Assembly: GCF_009834535.1 (NCBI RefSeq)
Contig: NC_045697.1
Span: 4,590,001-4,654,000 of the forward strand
DNA length: 64,000 bases
Source: Camelus ferus
Taxonomy: Eukaryota
Reading direction: 5' to 3'
Under the pieces are notes generated by a model. That model was not told the origin of the DNA. It did not search any database and was given only the letters and a program-made list of their open reading frames with translations. A program made the position numbers and the translations under genes. Of the stretch, positions 61,561 to 64,000 are shown in pieces. Each line of letters begins with the position of its first letter. Position 1 is the first letter of the stretch.

Positions 61561-64000
61561 CTTGGGAGAGCTCCAGAAGGCCCTTCCCTCACCCCATCAT
61601 ATAGGAGGTCTTGGAGAGGTGGTGCGACTCGGTCAGGGTTGGCCAGCATAGTCCGGGAGACTCCAAAGGGTCCTTCGAGATCCAGTCCCCCTCTCCTCCT
61701 CTGCAGAAAAGCAGAGCGAGGTTCTGAAAAGGGAAGTAAGTTGGCTAAAACCGCCACATGGCTCCTTAAAACGCAGCAGTACCTCTGGGGTTAATTTCAT
61801 CCAAGGCTCCCTACTCTCTGCTTTATGAAAAGCCGGGGAGCTCCGTTCCTCATTCATCCCTTCATTTATTCACTCACTCATTAGTAATTATAGAGCACCT
61901 GCTAGGTACCAGGCGCTAGGAGAGGTTCCCTGAAATGCCTGTGGTCACAGGGCTTAAAGCTTAAGCCTTTCCTGAGTGCTCCCCTCTGTGCTTTCTGAGG
62001 GAAATATCTGGTGAAAGATTTAGATCGTCTGGCAGATAGAACTGGAAACCACTACCCGCAATCACCGACATCTTCAGGGACGCCCCTGAATACCACAGCA
62101 CGACGCCAGTGTGCTCACTTCACAGAGCAAGCTGGAGGCAGAGCGGGGATTTGATCTGGGGTCAATAGCTTCCTAGACTCGGAGGTTTTTTCCCCCCTAT
62201 GAAAGTGGGGAAACATCAGGGAGAGGGAACTTCAAGCCTTGGGCCCTATGGCTCTTGTCCCTTTAGCTGGGGGTCGCCAGGGCACTGCGGGAGGAACGGT
62301 GGATAGACGACACAGCTTCGGGATATATGGTCGAGGTGCTTGGACAACGGAAGTTGGAGTACCCGAGGGCTGGCGAGCTGTCGGTTTAACCCAGAACTTC
62401 CAGTCTGAGCACTGCTCAGGTTCCAGGCCCCTGATAGGTGCTGGGATCCCTGCACAGCACTCCGGCCCCACCCTGGGTCAGGGTGGGTGACAAATTCACT
62501 GTGAAAATTAAATGAGTTAATGCTGCTAGGTAGTGAGCACTCAATAAATGTTCGTTGTTTATTATATGAGTTTTATCATTATCATTTTTATTAACCCTTC
62601 TCCCCTTAAATGCTATGAGAGGCATAAAGTGAACCGGAGGAGGCAGAGCTTGATCTAGGAGGGCTTTCTTGAGAAGTGGGGGCTGGGTCAGCCTGTGGCT
62701 GCTACAACCCAATAGTGGGTCTCCTCCTGCCCCCAATCCCCAACGCCCCAGGCTTTCTGTCCCGGTAACTCGGGAACTCTCCGTGGTCCTGAATCCGGCG
62801 CCTCGCAAGAGGAAGGTCTACAGTGAGGGGGTGTGTGGTGGAGGTGGGGGCGAGAAATGGGGATATCGAAAGTGTCCCGTCTCCTTGTCCCAACCCCTTC
62901 TGTATCTCTTCCTGCCCACCTCCTTCTCTGGTGGCTGACCTCGCTTGGGATCCAGGCTTCAGAGCCTAAGCGGGAGGCTTCAGAGCCACGGACTGAGAAG
63001 CCGGGGCCAATACCGGAGAACCCTGGTTTCCAGTCAAGGTACTGCGCCCTCTTGAGCTTCAGCTTCCTCATCTGTGAAATGGGGGTGGCATCTCCCAGAC
63101 TTCCTCAAGGCGTGAAGGAGTATCAGGGAGGCGAGAGCGCTTTGTGTACGGCTGGGAGCTGTGGAAAGCGTCCCTGATGGAGCTGCAGTCAATGTCACCA
63201 ACGCCACCATCTCCCCTGGGCTGTCTGGGACGGCTTCGCAGCCGTGCTTCAGCGCTTGGGGACGCTGGTTGCTTCACCTCTTCCATTCTTCCTTCCTCTC
63301 CCCCTCTAGCCCTCTCTCCCCTTTCGCCATGGCTTCGCGGGTACTGGACAAAAGGCAGCGCCTCCGGCGCTCCGAGGGCTTCAGAAGCTCTCGAGGTTCG
63401 GGACTGTGTAGCCAAGGGGCTCATGGTCTCCCTGAGGGGAACGTTTTACTTTCTGAGAGCTGAGGGGCCACGGGGTTCGGATTCCGGGGCGGGCCTCGCT
63501 GATTCTACGTTTTGCAGAGGGTACCGAGGCCCTTCCCCCGCCCATAAAGCTCTTTCCTGGGGAGGGAGGAGGGGTTTCTGCGGCGCAGGCGCAGCGCTTG
63601 CGGAGGCCCAAGGCTGAGCGACTGCGGAGCTTTGTACCCGGGAATTCCGCTCGGGAGCCGTGGTCTTTTTGGCCAACAGCGGACCCATGCCCCTCCCTCG
63701 ATATGCACGTGGTCTTGTCCCCACCCCTGGAGCATACCTGACCAGACTCAACCGTGGGGACGCCCTGGTTCCTGGAACCTAGGACTTAGCAACGCTGTGG
63801 AAGGGAATATGGAGTCTGGGAGAGGAAGACCTGAAATTTCCGGTCAGCAACAAGAATATAGGACCCAGCAGAGCCAAGGCTGAAATGAATGAGTGTAGGA
63901 GAATGCGCTCTAGAGGAGGCGTGCAGGAACGTGGCTTCTAGATATGCTCTGCTGCAGCTAATATGCTTTGTACCTGAGATACCATTTTACCTCTGTATGC
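61447..64000 (+). other. CRMP1: Start of CRMP1 long-isoform intron 1
   Basis: Begins GTACCC after the exon. Neither the short-isoform start (MSYQGKK) nor the SDRLLIKGG exon was seen before the window end. Confidence 0.85.
63330..63720. promoter_or_regulatory. Second CpG-rich patch in intron 1; candidate regulatory element or flank of the short-isoform promoter
   Basis: Locally CpG-rich; GC box GGGGCGGGC near 63486; NRF1-like GCGCAGGCGCA at 63583-63593. Confidence 0.5.

Noticed and set aside
60672..61757. Overlapping ORFs in other frames and on the minus strand over the CpG island
   Set aside because: Stop-poor GC-rich DNA, mostly non-ATG starts, no recognisable protein; only the CRMP1 frame is recognised.

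Overview
Eukaryotic (placental mammal) genomic DNA, GC-rich and repeat-rich, not a prokaryotic or accessory region. The only protein-coding sequence I can support is the first coding exon of the long isoform of CRMP1 (DPYSL1; LCRMP-1) at 61066-61446 (+), inside a CpG-island promoter; the gene continues past the window end. The ~60 kb upstream is intergenic or intronic: old MIR, L2, CR1/L3, L1M, MLT1, MER21 and MER102 relics, several younger ERV-type solo LTRs, one cetartiodactyl-type L1 3' end with target-site duplication, and microsatellites. That L1 and the apparent lack of Bov-tA/Bov-A2, CHR and PRE1 SINEs suggest a camelid-like cetartiodactyl (inference). Nearly all ORFs in the supplied track look spurious. 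I found no convincing novel biological system. Worth a second look: a G-quadruplex motif and a hairpin at the CRMP1-long 5' end, a weak splice donor backed by G-runs, a motif-dense CpG-rich patch 8 kb upstream, a miR-378-like sequence at a MIR head, a motif-rich solo LTR, and several short palindromic or templated-insertion scars. Repeat family names come from recalled consensus sequences, not a search; repeat boundaries are approximate unless a TSD is given.
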